Shown here one piece after another: positions 27,318-35,986 of a DNA stretch of 56,043 nucleotides. This DNA is from Patescibacteria group bacterium. Its GTDB lineage: Bacteria > Patescibacteriota > Minisyncoccia > Phycocordibacterales > Phycocordibacteraceae. Location of the stretch: the NCBI GenBank assembly GCA_018971045.1, contig JAGWVF010000008.1, forward strand, positions 1 to 56,043. The letters run 5' to 3'. Both the position numbers and the translations under genes were made by a program. The notes beneath the pieces are model-generated. The model did not search any database and was not told the DNA's origin. It saw only the letters and a program-made list of their open reading frames with translations. The first letter of the stretch is position 1. Each line of letters begins with the position of its first letter.

Positions 27318-28085
27318 TTACTTTACCGCGGCGGTCGAGGTTGCGGTCGAGGTTGCGGTGAGCAGTCCGGTAATGACGTTCGAAGGAATGAGGAGTCCCG
27401 GCGTCGCCCCCGTGGAGATGCCGATCAGATTGCCCGAGAGATCGACGGCGGCACTACCGGCGCCGATATCCGGAAGCGTCGTATAAATACCCTTGTTTGT
27501 CACGCGCGCCACGATGCCGGTCGTCGCCGATCCGTCGGCACTAAGCGCGAGCACGGTTTGTCCCAGCTTCAGATCGCCAGCCGCGATGAGCGCCGGCGAA
27601 GTCATCTTCGGCAGGGAGACGCCGTCGGAAAAGCCGTAAATCGCGAGCTGACCTCCTTGGTGCGCGAGCGATGCGGGAACGTACGCACCGCTCGTAAAGG
27701 CGATAAGCGTCTCCCTCGGCAGTCCGTCCTGCATCGCGGTAATAACGGAGCGCGATTTAGGCAGGTACGTTCCAATGCTTATCGCCGGCGTCGAAGTGCC
27801 CGTCTCGGCCGCGTAAATAGCGACCGTGCGCATCGCGTCCGTTCCGATCGCGGCAGTAACCAGATCCTGATTCGAAGGAGCGGGCGCTTGAACGATAGTC
27901 GCGGGCGCCACGGAAGCCACCGTTTCAATAGTGTGTTCAACGACCCGATTGACCGTCTGCGTCACCAAAGCCGGAGCATGGTCGAGGAGCGACACCGTCA
28001 AAATGCCGGTCGCGACCGACGTGACGAAGTTCACGAGAATCGTGAGCAGTATAAGCTGTGCTTTTGAGAGATCCTCGATATTCAT
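27318..28085 (-). CDS. Membrane-anchored trypsin-like (HtrA-type) protein, probably catalytically inactive
   Basis: N-terminal TM; LKLGQTVLAL..., GIV, GAGSAAVDLSGNLIGI aligns with GNSGGPL.N..G.VIGI but has Ala at the catalytic Ser. Confidence 0.6.
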   Translation of the reverse strand: MNIEDLSKAQLILLTILVNFVTSVATGILTVSLLDHAPALVTQTVNRVVEHTIETVASVAPATIVQAPAPSNQDLVTAAIGTDAMRTVAIYAAETGTSTPAISIGTYLPKSRSVITAMQDGLPRETLIAFTSGAYVPASLAHQGGQLAIYGFSDGVSLPKMTSPALIAAGDLKLGQTVLALSADGSATTGIVARVTNKGIYTTLPDIGAGSAAVDLSGNLIGISTGATPGLLIPSNVITGLLTATSTATSTAAVK

Positions 28086-28099
28086 TACAGAATATAATG

Positions 28100-29221
28100 C
28101 TACCGAGCACGATTTGTGTCAATAAAGCCGACGGTTCGCGCGAGTATTCCTGCGAAATACTCCAATTCACGCACTGAAATCTCCGGTCCCCATGAGATCC
28201 TGAGCGTCGATCGAGCGCGTTCCCTGTCTCCCGTAAGTGCGAAAACCGCACGCGATCCCTCAAGCGAGTCGGTCTCACACGCGCTCTTAGTCGAAAGAGC
28301 GAACCCCGCTTCGTCGAGAAGGGCGACGGCATAATCCATATCCGTACCGGGGAATGACACGTTGAGGATGTTCGGCGCCTGCTCGCGTCCTTCATTAACA
28401 TGCAACGAAGGAAATGACGAGTGGAGCGCGGCGAGAAGGCGCGCGCGCGCGGCGCGCGCGGTAAGACGGAACGCTTCACGCCCGCTCGCGGCCGCACAAA
28501 GCGCCGCCGCGAATTTCCGCGCGGCCTCGGGATTCTCGCTTCCCGACCGGAGTCCGCGCTCCTGCCCGCCGCCGCGATACAAGGGAGCAAGGGGGATCGT
28601 GCGGTGCGCGACGAGCGCGCCGATTCCGCGCACCCCGATCTTCGCGCCGTCAAAGGTAAGCAGATCCGCGCCGAAATGCGCGCGCGTCATCTTTTCAGTC
28701 CAGGGCGCCTGGCTCGCGTCCGTGTGGAGCACGGCCTTACCCGTACCCCGCTTCTTCAGCATGTCAGCGACCTCGCGCGTATTCCACACCGCGCCCGTCT
28801 CGCCGCACACTGCGTCCATCGTAATGAGCACCGTCTCGGGCCGGATCATCTTCGCAAGCGCGTCAGTATCAACGCGCGCGTCTTTGATCGGGAGCGGATC
28901 GATCGCGCTCCCCTCTTCTGCGAGCAGTCGCACGTTCTCAACGATCGAGGCGTGCGCGCTCGGGAGATAGAGCACGTGCGGATGCGTTACTCCCCTGTTC
29001 GCGGCCGCGCGTACCGCCCCCAGAATCGCGAGCGCATTGCTCTCGGTCGCGCCGCTCGTGAAGATCACGTCGTCTGCCTGCGCTTCGATACGCTCGGCAA
29101 TCCGCCGCCGCGCGTCTTCGAGCATTCGTTTCGCGCGGCGGCCTTCCTCATGCGCAGAAGAGGGATTCCCCGCTGTTCCGGCGGCAAAGTCGAGATAAAC
29201 GCGTTTTTTCTTCCAGAACAT
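28100..29221 (-). CDS. Cysteine desulfurase (class V aminotransferase, IscS/NifS-like)
   Basis: YLD.AA, GNPSS.H, FTSGATES, HTDASQ, PLP Lys in DGAKIG, GGGQERGLRSGSEN, STKSAC active-site Cys. Confidence 0.85.
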   Translation of the reverse strand: MFWKKKRVYLDFAAGTAGNPSSAHEEGRRAKRMLEDARRRIAERIEAQADDVIFTSGATESNALAILGAVRAAANRGVTHPHVLYLPSAHASIVENVRLLAEEGSAIDPLPIKDARVDTDALAKMIRPETVLITMDAVCGETGAVWNTREVADMLKKRGTGKAVLHTDASQAPWTEKMTRAHFGADLLTFDGAKIGVRGIGALVAHRTIPLAPLYRGGGQERGLRSGSENPEAARKFAAALCAAASGREAFRLTARAARARLLAALHSSFPSLHVNEGREQAPNILNVSFPGTDMDYAVALLDEAGFALSTKSACETDSLEGSRAVFALTGDRERARSTLRISWGPEISVRELEYFAGILARTVGFIDTNRAR

Positions 29222-29279
29222 ACGCCGATCATTATACCGCATTGCAATTGAGTCATTTTCGTGATGAAATAGAGGCACT

Positions 29280-30749
29280 ATGGCGCGGCAATCACGGCCG
29301 CCCGTCATCGCGGTGATGGGCCATATAGATCACGGAAAATCGTCGCTCTTGGACTATATCCGGAAGGCGAATATCGTGGCGAGTGAAGCGGGCGGCATCA
29401 CCCAGCACGTCGCCGCTTACATCGCCGAACATAACGGCCGGCGCATCACCTTTCTCGATACGCCCGGTCATGAAGCATTTAAAGCGCTGCGCGCGCGCGG
29501 CGCGGCGGCGGCCGACATCGCGATTCTCGTCGTCGCCGCCGACGAGGGCGTGATGCCGCAGACGCTCGACGCGCTTGCGGCCATCACGGAGGCCGCCATT
29601 CCGTATATCGTCGCGATCACCAAGATCGATAAGAACAATGCCGACGTGGACCGTGCGAAGAATTCGCTCGTCGAAAACGGCATCTATATCGAGGGTATGG
29701 GCGGCGATATCGCCTGCGCGCCTATCTCGTCAAAGACCGGCGAGGGCATCCCCGATCTCCTCGATCTCGTTCTTCTTTCCGCCGATCTCCTCGAGCTCGC
29801 CGCCGACCCCGAGGTGAGCGCGACCGGATTCGTCCTTGAATCGACTCAGGATCAGAAACACGGCGTCTCCGCGACGCTCATTATAAAAGACGGCACGCTC
29901 ACGCTCGACGGATTCGCAGTCGCGGGAGACGCGTACGCGCCGATCCGCTTTATTGAAGACTTCCGCGGCGCGCGAATCGAAGAGGCAGGAGCATCGGAGC
30001 CGGCACGTCTCTCGGGATTCAATAAACTACCCGCCGCCGGATCGCTGTTCTTCATCGCGAAAACAAAAAAGGAGGCTGAGGCATTCGCGCGAGAATATGC
30101 GAAGGAGAGCAGTATCGCTCACGAGCGCGCGGCGCTCGCCGACGGCGTCGCGGAACTGCCGCTTATCGTGAAAGCTGACGTCGCCGGATCGGTTGACGCG
30201 ATCGTACACGAGCTCGCGAAAGTCACCCACGAGCGCGCGATGATCCGCATCGTCTCATGGGGCGTCGGAAGCGTCTCGGAGAGCGACCTCAAGACAGCCG
30301 TCGCCTCAGGCGGAACGATCATCGCTTTTAACGTCGGTACTGATCCGATCGCGGGCGATCTCGCGGAACGCGAGGGCGTGAGCATTCTCTCCTTCTCGAT
30401 TATTTATGAGCTCTCGGCCGCGATCGCGGAACTCCTTGCCGCGAAAGCGCCGGCGATTTCGGTTGAGCGGGAACTCGGACGCGCCAAGGTACTGAAAATC
30501 TTCTCGACAAGCGGAAAGAAGCAGGTTCTCGGCGCCCGTTACGTCTCGGGAACGCTCACTGTCGGCGATCGGATGAAACTCTTGCGTACCGGAGAGGAAT
30601 TCGCGCGCGGCGGCATCAGCAATCTCCAACAAGCGCGCGCGAACGTGAAGGAGATAAAGACTGAAGGAGATTTCGGCACCGAAGTCGAGTGCCGCGTTCC
30701 CCTAGTCTACGGTGATGAGATCGTCGCGTTTACCGTGAGCGAATCATGA
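29280..30749 (+). CDS. infB: Translation initiation factor IF-2 (short form)
   Basis: RPPVIAVMGHIDHGKSSL, GGITQH, DTPGHEAF, TKID, IVKADVAGS; lacks the N-terminal domain. Confidence 0.95.
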   Translation: MARQSRPPVIAVMGHIDHGKSSLLDYIRKANIVASEAGGITQHVAAYIAEHNGRRITFLDTPGHEAFKALRARGAAAADIAILVVAADEGVMPQTLDALAAITEAAIPYIVAITKIDKNNADVDRAKNSLVENGIYIEGMGGDIACAPISSKTGEGIPDLLDLVLLSADLLELAADPEVSATGFVLESTQDQKHGVSATLIIKDGTLTLDGFAVAGDAYAPIRFIEDFRGARIEEAGASEPARLSGFNKLPAAGSLFFIAKTKKEAEAFAREYAKESSIAHERAALADGVAELPLIVKADVAGSVDAIVHELAKVTHERAMIRIVSWGVGSVSESDLKTAVASGGTIIAFNVGTDPIAGDLAEREGVSILSFSIIYELSAAIAELLAAKAPAISVERELGRAKVLKIFSTSGKKQVLGARYVSGTLTVGDRMKLLRTGEEFARGGISNLQQARANVKEIKTEGDFGTEVECRVPLVYGDEIVAFTVSES

Positions 30750-31081
30750 CGCCTGTATCTGACGGAAAGCGTTCTCCGCGCAAGGAGGAGGGGCGAGCGG
30801 CCGAGATAGTCGCGCGCGAAGCGGCACGATTTATCGCGCGCGAAGCCGGTCCTGGATCCCTGATCACCGTTATTCGCGCGCAGAGCGTCGCTCACGGCGA
30901 CCGCATTCTCGTCTTCGTGAGCGTGTATCCTGCCGATAAAGCGCCGGCCGCGCTCGCCTTCCTCGAACGGCAACGCGAGGCATTTTCAAATCACTTAAAA
31001 AAACACACCCATATGCGCCTCCCGCACATCGACTTTATGCTCGAGAACGGAGAAGGCCTTGGAGGCCCGGGCGGGAATTGA
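30746..31081 (+). CDS. rbfA: Ribosome-binding factor A
   Basis: ATGA overlap with infB; LITV...VFVSVYP...LPHIDF pattern. Confidence 0.75.
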   Translation: MTPVSDGKRSPRKEEGRAAEIVAREAARFIAREAGPGSLITVIRAQSVAHGDRILVFVSVYPADKAPAALAFLERQREAFSNHLKKHTHMRLPHIDFMLENGEGLGGPGGN

Positions 31082-31134
31082 ACCCGCGCATCGCGGTTTT
31101 GCAGACCGCTGTGTTACCACTTCACCACCGGGCC
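31060..31134 (-). tRNA. tRNA-Cys(GCA)
   Basis: GGCCCGG...GCGGT-CTGCAAA-ACCGC...GGTTCAATTCC...CCGGGCC-T-CCA. Confidence 0.95.
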
Positions 31135-31161
31135 GTGCTCGTATGGTAGTATATTGTCACT

Positions 31162-31470
31162 ATGATTACCAATGAGGACGTCGCTAAACTCAAAGGGGTT
31201 TTCGCCACAAAGGACGATCTGAAGCATTTTGCGACGAAGGACGATTTGAGCGAGGCTATCGCTGACGTCAGAGTCGAGATCGGTGAAGTAAGGGATACGG
31301 TGGATACGATAGCTGTTGCCGTCGGAAGAATTGAAAATGCCATTGATAAACTATCTGGAAATATCCAGGACTTGCGGATCGAGAACGCGGCGGGCGCCGC
31401 CCACTTAGAGAGGCACGACCGGCAGATCGAGGCGCTCGCCCGCGAGACTGGAATAACGATTCCGGAATAA
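31162..31470 (+). CDS. Small coiled-coil protein with ATKDDL repeats
   Basis: FATKDDLKHFATKDDL followed by heptad-like coil. Confidence 0.75.
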   Translation: MITNEDVAKLKGVFATKDDLKHFATKDDLSEAIADVRVEIGEVRDTVDTIAVAVGRIENAIDKLSGNIQDLRIENAAGAAHLERHDRQIEALARETGITIPE

Positions 31471-31477
31471 CCGCGTT

Positions 31478-31569
31478 GCCGAGGTGGCGGAATGGTAGAC
31501 GCACAGGACTTAAAATCCTGAGAGGGCCTAAAAACCTTCATGTGGGTTCGAGTCCCACCCTCGGTACCA
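31478..31569 (+). tRNA. tRNA-Leu(TAA)
   Basis: GCCGAGG/CCTCGGT acceptor, CAGGA-CTTAAAA-TCCTG, long variable arm, encoded CCA. Confidence 0.95.
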
Positions 31570-31577
31570 TGATTCAG

Positions 31578-31650
31578 TGCGCCTACCTGGGCTCGAACCA
31601 GGGACCGTCTCCTTAAGAGGGAGCTGCTCTACCAACTGAGCTATAGGCGC
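31578..31650 (-). tRNA. tRNA-Lys(CTT)
   Basis: GCGCCTA/TAGGCGC acceptor, anticodon loop CTCTTAA, T arm CCTGG-TTCGAGC-CCAGG. Confidence 0.93.
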
Positions 31651-31691
31651 GATAAGGAAAATATAGCAGAACATAGTATCCTTAGGAAGAC

Positions 31692-31773
31692 GCTGTGGTG
31701 GCGGAATTGGTATACGCGCATGCCTTAGGAGCATGTCCCTTACGGGTTGAGAGTTCGAGTCTCTCCCACAGCA
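31692..31773 (+). tRNA. tRNA-Leu(TAG)
   Basis: GCTGTGG/CCACAGC acceptor, CATGC-CTTAGGA-GCATG, variable arm. Confidence 0.95.
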
Positions 31774-31855
31774 CCTTGACTTTTAGCAGTTTTCGTGTAT
31801 TATAGATAATAAGGGGAGCCATTCGGGCGACCCAGAAACTTGATAGGAGCAGAAA

Positions 31856-32947
31856 ATGATTTTCTTCGTCTCTTTCATTACGGTCGCGGTAATTTTCATT
31901 GCCGCGATGTTCCTTCTTCCGCCGTGGCTGGCGGAAGAGTGTATCCTCTTCACAAAGGTCGAGGAGGGCACCGCGCGAGCCATCGTGCGGGGCGGGTCCC
32001 TGGAAAGGTTCGTGATGTCCTTCGCAGGGCATCACCTGAACCACCCTGGGAAGAAGTGGTACGATCCTAGCCTCCCGGACTGGGAGGTCATTCCCCACGA
32101 AAAAGGGAGCGATCATCTTTACGATGATCGCTCCTGGCTTCTCAGGCATCTCGGCCTGTACTGGGTCGGATGGCCGTGGGCAAGCAAGGTCTATATTTAT
32201 GACTTTGCATGGAACGAAACCCAGGCCGCCAAAGGGAGCGGCAAGGAAGAGATCCGGCCGCGGAATGAGCGTTCGGATTTCGTGTACGTGAATCACTTCA
32301 CGTACGCCATCGTGACGGATGGCGCAGAGACAGAAGAGCGTCTCGCGACCGACGAGCTCACGCTCGTCACGGTTGCGGTGCGTAATCCGTATCGCGCTCT
32401 CTTCGTGGCCGAAGATTGGATGCGCCGCATCACTGCGGCCATCAACCGCGAAGTGCGGAACTTCGTGGGGTCGCACTCCTTCAAGGAGCTCGTCTCCTCG
32501 AAAGAGGAGTGGACGGAGCTCTCGGGAAGGCTTGTCGGCTTGAACGACAAGCTCCCCGATAGCCCGGACGGACTGCGGGAGCGGTACGGCGTAGAGATAC
32601 GCGCCGCCGACCTGCAGAGCATCGCTCTCGCAGGAGACTCAAAAAGGCTTCATGAAGAAGCCACGGCGAAGGAGTACACTGCTGAGCAAGAGGCGAAGGC
32701 GACGACTATAGCGGCGGACGCGAAAGCGTACGCTGTCGAGAAGGTCGCCATCGCGGAGGCCGCGGCGCTCAAAAACCGCCTCGGCGTTATCGCTCAGCAC
32801 GCGGAGACCGGCATAACTCTCGCGGGTTATGACGCTATCCGCGAAAGCGCAGGTCACGGGAATACCGTGATCTGGGCGAATAACCCGCTCGCGGCACTGG
32901 AGAAGATCATCAAACAACAACCACCAACACCAAAGGAAAAGGAGTAA
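31856..32947 (+). CDS. SPFH/band-7 family membrane protein
   Basis: N-terminal TM, V.EG.ARAIVRGG, YGVEI....LQSI, AxA-rich coiled coil. Confidence 0.7.
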   Translation: MIFFVSFITVAVIFIAAMFLLPPWLAEECILFTKVEEGTARAIVRGGSLERFVMSFAGHHLNHPGKKWYDPSLPDWEVIPHEKGSDHLYDDRSWLLRHLGLYWVGWPWASKVYIYDFAWNETQAAKGSGKEEIRPRNERSDFVYVNHFTYAIVTDGAETEERLATDELTLVTVAVRNPYRALFVAEDWMRRITAAINREVRNFVGSHSFKELVSSKEEWTELSGRLVGLNDKLPDSPDGLRERYGVEIRAADLQSIALAGDSKRLHEEATAKEYTAEQEAKATTIAADAKAYAVEKVAIAEAAALKNRLGVIAQHAETGITLAGYDAIRESAGHGNTVIWANNPLAALEKIIKQQPPTPKEKE

Positions 32948-32950
32948 ATT

Positions 32951-33652
32951 ATGCTATTTTTCTTCACCCTCCTGCTCGTAGCAGGAGGAGCTCTTGTCTC
33001 TTATATAATCTATAAGAGGTCCGAGGGCGCTCACTCTCGGAAGCTCGCTAAAGGCGGAGAGAAAAACTCCGCCCCTTCGACGGCACGGGAATGGAAAAGG
33101 CGGGCGCTCCTCGTTGGGGGCGTAATCGCCGTCGGGCTCGTCGTCTGGCTCGCGCCGGAGGCGCCAACGGTGGGAACCGTGGGCGTCTGGTCGCGCCAGT
33201 ATTGGCTATGGCTATTGATCGCCCTCGTGGCGATCTATGTCATAGTCGACGTGTTCCTGCCAAAGAAGTGGCAAGAGCCGGCGAAACGGGGGATCGAGAT
33301 CGCGGCCGCCGTGCTCGTTCTGAGCACGGTGTGGTCGTGGGTCGCGGGCCCTAGCCAGTCGACCACGCCGCCGGCGGTTGCTTCAACCGCCGCCCTGCCC
33401 TCGGCTAGCCTGCCGCAGGGAGAGTGGCTCCGGATTGAAGTCCCTCCCCTCGGGGAATCGGGGCTCATCCCGAGGCCACCCGGCTCCCATCTCATGATGG
33501 CGAGCGTGAGTCGATTCACTCACGTCTCGATCTATCAGGATGGATCGCGATGCTCGTACCCGAATCCCTGCCCAACGGGGAGCGTCGGGAGCGTCGCGAA
33601 AAACCTCGAGACGATACCGATTATCGTCTCGGTGGCAGTCGCCCCAGACTAG
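32951..33652 (+). CDS. Hypothetical multi-TM protein with C-terminal beta-rich domain
   Basis: AAGGAG SD, 3 nt after the SPFH stop; four hydrophobic segments. Confidence 0.7.
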   Translation: MLFFFTLLLVAGGALVSYIIYKRSEGAHSRKLAKGGEKNSAPSTAREWKRRALLVGGVIAVGLVVWLAPEAPTVGTVGVWSRQYWLWLLIALVAIYVIVDVFLPKKWQEPAKRGIEIAAAVLVLSTVWSWVAGPSQSTTPPAVASTAALPSASLPQGEWLRIEVPPLGESGLIPRPPGSHLMMASVSRFTHVSIYQDGSRCSYPNPCPTGSVGSVAKNLETIPIIVSVAVAPD

Positions 33653-33667
33653 CTATAGCCACGTCAA

Positions 33668-33704
33668 ACGGCCACGCTTCATGCGTGGCCGTTCTCTTTT
33701 TTTA
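33668..33704 (+). terminator. Intrinsic terminator
   Basis: AACGGCCACGC-TTCAT-GCGTGGCCGTT followed by a T-run. Confidence 0.8.
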
Positions 33705-33711
33705 TGCGTGA

Positions 33712-33981
33712 CTATCTGGAGATCGGCGTGATTGGCCCGAGATTGAAGGTGCCAAGCACTGCGTTAATGATACCGTAGGCGCCGAAGATGATCACGAGCC
33801 CGATAATGCCCCAGAAGATGGCCTGCCTTCCCTCTTTCCGTTTCGTCTCGTCGCCGGCATTCATGATGAAGACGAATACGCCCCAAATGAATACGACGAA
33901 CGCGCCGGCCGCGAGCAGATAGATCAGCGGATTGACGATCTGAATGACAACCGCCTTAAGAAACTTCGTCAAGACGCTCAT
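33712..33981 (-). CDS. VirB2/TrbC-like pilin paralog 6
   Basis: NPLI.LL...FVVFIWGV..FI...DE..R..G...IFWGIIGLVIIFGAYGIIN core. Confidence 0.8.
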   Translation of the reverse strand: MSVLTKFLKAVVIQIVNPLIYLLAAGAFVVFIWGVFVFIMNAGDETKRKEGRQAIFWGIIGLVIIFGAYGIINAVLGTFNLGPITPISR

Positions 33982-33987
33982 TCGTAA

Positions 33988-34356
33988 CTAGCCGCCAACG
34001 CCAGTCGTTGTAGGATGCTGGACGCCTGCATTGTTACCCAGAATGATAGTTCCGGTAAGGATATTCACGAGACCCCAGACCGAGACCATCACGAAGAAGC
34101 CGATAAGACCCCAGAGCATCAGGCTCTTTCCTTTTTCCTTCACGTCTTCGCTGTTCGCGCCAAGGATAAAGGTGTTGAATGCGCCCCAGAGGAAAACGAT
34201 GAACGCCACAGCGAAGAGCACCGGGACGAAGATATTGTTGATCGTATTGATAATGAGCGAACCGACGTCTGAGATATTGCTGACTGCGGCGCTCGTCACG
34301 AGCGGAAGAGCAAATACAGCAAGCGCACCTGAAGTAAGCGTAAGGAGTTTTTTCAT
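33988..34356 (-). CDS. VirB2/TrbC-like pilin paralog 5 (signal peptide plus core)
   Basis: MKKLL signal; VPVLFAVAFIVFLWG...GKSLMLWGLIGFFVMVSVWGLVN. Confidence 0.82.
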   Translation of the reverse strand: MKKLLTLTSGALAVFALPLVTSAAVSNISDVGSLIINTINNIFVPVLFAVAFIVFLWGAFNTFILGANSEDVKEKGKSLMLWGLIGFFVMVSVWGLVNILTGTIILGNNAGVQHPTTTGVGG

Positions 34357-34440
34357 AATAATACTAAGTGAATAACGGGTTAATTTTAGCTCTTCAGAAG
34401 ATACGGTCAACCGCGGGAAGCCTGCCCGTGTGGACAATCG

Positions 34441-35220
34441 CTAGAGCGTCGGATACTTCGGATGGGTGCCGCTCGCGGTCGAAGGTATGAGAGTGTCCTT
34501 CACTATGTTTACGATTCCCCAGAGCGAGAGGATCACCACGAAGCCGATAACGCCCCAGAGCACGAACTGTCGCCCATCGGCGCGGCTCTTCTCGTCGGCG
34601 GCCCCTTGGATGAAGTATTTGTAGACGCCGAACAAGAAGACGATGAACGCCACAGCGATAAGGATGGGGACGAATACACCATTGATTGTCTCGACGATAA
34701 TGTCTTTATACGCATTGATCCAGTTTTTATTAAAAATCCCAGAGCCGCTCTCTCCGTTCCCAGCCGAATTACCGCTGCCCGTACCCGACTGACTGCCTCC
34801 CACGCCGAAACAATAGTCATTTGACGGTCTCGGTACGCATCCGCCGCCGGTATCCGTTCCGCCGGTACCCGTTCCGCCGGTACCCGTTCCGGCAGTTGTG
34901 CCGGCCTCGCATATCGGCGCACCGAAACTGTCGAAGGTGCAGGTGCCTGTGGCGCCGTTCAGCGTGCAAGCGCTTCCGTAGGAGCTACTCGGCGTGCAAG
35001 TACCGCCCAATCCGCCGGTACCGCTCGCTCCTCCGGTATCAGCAACGCAATACGGAACCGATTCGGCATCGAGCTGGCAGGTGCCGGTATTCCCGCTGTA
35101 ATCAACGCACGACTGATTAATCGTATCTAACGTGCACGAAGCGGCGAATGCCGTCGCCGGAATCGCATACGCGATCGCTCCCAAAAAAAGAGCGGAGACA
35201 AGCGACGCGGAAGTTCTCAT
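34441..35220 (-). CDS. VirB2/TrbC-like pilin paralog 4 with Cys/Gly-rich repeated N-terminal domain
   Basis: Two similar 4-Cys modules, GTGG repeats, then pilin core. Confidence 0.8.
   Translation of the reverse strand: MRTSASLVSALFLGAIAYAIPATAFAASCTLDTINQSCVDYSGNTGTCQLDAESVPYCVADTGGASGTGGLGGTCTPSSSYGSACTLNGATGTCTFDSFGAPICEAGTTAGTGTGGTGTGGTDTGGGCVPRPSNDYCFGVGGSQSGTGSGNSAGNGESGSGIFNKNWINAYKDIIVETINGVFVPILIAVAFIVFLFGVYKYFIQGAADEKSRADGRQFVLWGVIGFVVILSLWGIVNIVKDTLIPSTASGTHPKYPTL
34844..34891. repeat. 15-bp tandem repeat encoding a G-G-T-G-T linker
   Basis: CCGCCGGTA(C/T)CCGTT units repeated about three times inside the pilin gene. Confidence 0.7.
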
Positions 35221-35235
35221 GGATTCAAGGTTATA

Positions 35236-35709
35236 TTAATACGACGTCGGCGGCGGCGGAGCGCCGATGCCGGTGAGGCCGAAGGTCGTCGCGACCACGT
35301 TCACCAATCCCCAGAGCGAGATCATCACGACAAAACCGATAATGCCCCACAACACGAGCGTGTGCCCCTTCTTCACTTCTTCCGAATCGCCGTGCGAGAA
35401 GATGTAGGCGCGAGCGATACCGTAAAGGAACATGATGAAAGCGATCGCGAAAAGGAGCGGGACTAAAACGGAATTGATGATATAGATGATCGTCGAAGCG
35501 ACTCCGCAGATCGAGCTGTTGCAAAGAACGCCGTTGGCGCCATTTCCCCAGGAAAAAGCGAACCCGCTGTTACCCCCCTGCACTCCGATGTAGCCCGAGT
35601 TCCCCGAGCTCCCTCCGACAATGGTGGTAGCGGCAAAAGAAAAGAGAGGGACGAGAAAGACGCTGAGAATAAGCGCGGAGCGAGCTACGGATTTCATAGA
35701 GGTATTCAT
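35236..35709 (-). CDS. VirB2/TrbC-like pilin paralog 3
   Basis: Signal peptide, Gly-rich insert with Cys pair, core VPLLFAIAFIMFLYG...LWGIIGFVVMISLWGLVN. Confidence 0.82.
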   Translation of the reverse strand: MNTSMKSVARSALILSVFLVPLFSFAATTIVGGSSGNSGYIGVQGGNSGFAFSWGNGANGVLCNSSICGVASTIIYIINSVLVPLLFAIAFIMFLYGIARAYIFSHGDSEEVKKGHTLVLWGIIGFVVMISLWGLVNVVATTFGLTGIGAPPPPTSY

Positions 35710-35730
35710 GGACTTAAGTATGGCACGGAA

Positions 35731-35985
35731 TCAATGCGGCGTGATGCCGAACGTGGATAACAGCATATTCACCACGCCCCAGATCGAGAAGAGGATCACC
35801 ATGCCGAGGATTCCCCAGAAGACGAATTGGCGGCCCTGCGCCCGACTCTCGTCGCTCCCGCCGCCGATGAAATAATACTTCACGACTCCGTAAATGAACG
35901 CCGCGAAAGCGAAAGCGAAAATGGCCGGAATGACGAGATCATTCATCGCTCCGACGATACCGTCAACGAAGGTCTTGAAGGTCAT
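35731..35985 (-). CDS. VirB2/TrbC-like pilin paralog 2
   Basis: Start ATG 35985 (MTFKTF), 1 nt after the upstream stop; IPAIFAFAFAAFIYGV...GRQFVFWGILG core. Confidence 0.8.
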   Translation of the reverse strand: MTFKTFVDGIVGAMNDLVIPAIFAFAFAAFIYGVVKYYFIGGGSDESRAQGRQFVFWGILGMVILFSIWGVVNMLLSTFGITPH

Positions 35986-35986
35986 A

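Noticed and set aside
27331-27359. 12-bp tandem repeat GCGGTCGAGGTT
   Set aside because: Encodes a low-complexity TATS tail in frame; not a phase-variation tract.
25755-28067. 387-aa and 367-aa plus-strand ORFs
   Set aside because: Antisense to clpB and the trypsin-like gene; no recognizable domains.
29280-30749. IF-2 lacking its N-terminal domain as a pseudogene
   Set aside because: All GTPase motifs and C-terminal domains are intact; short IF-2 forms are known in reduced genomes.
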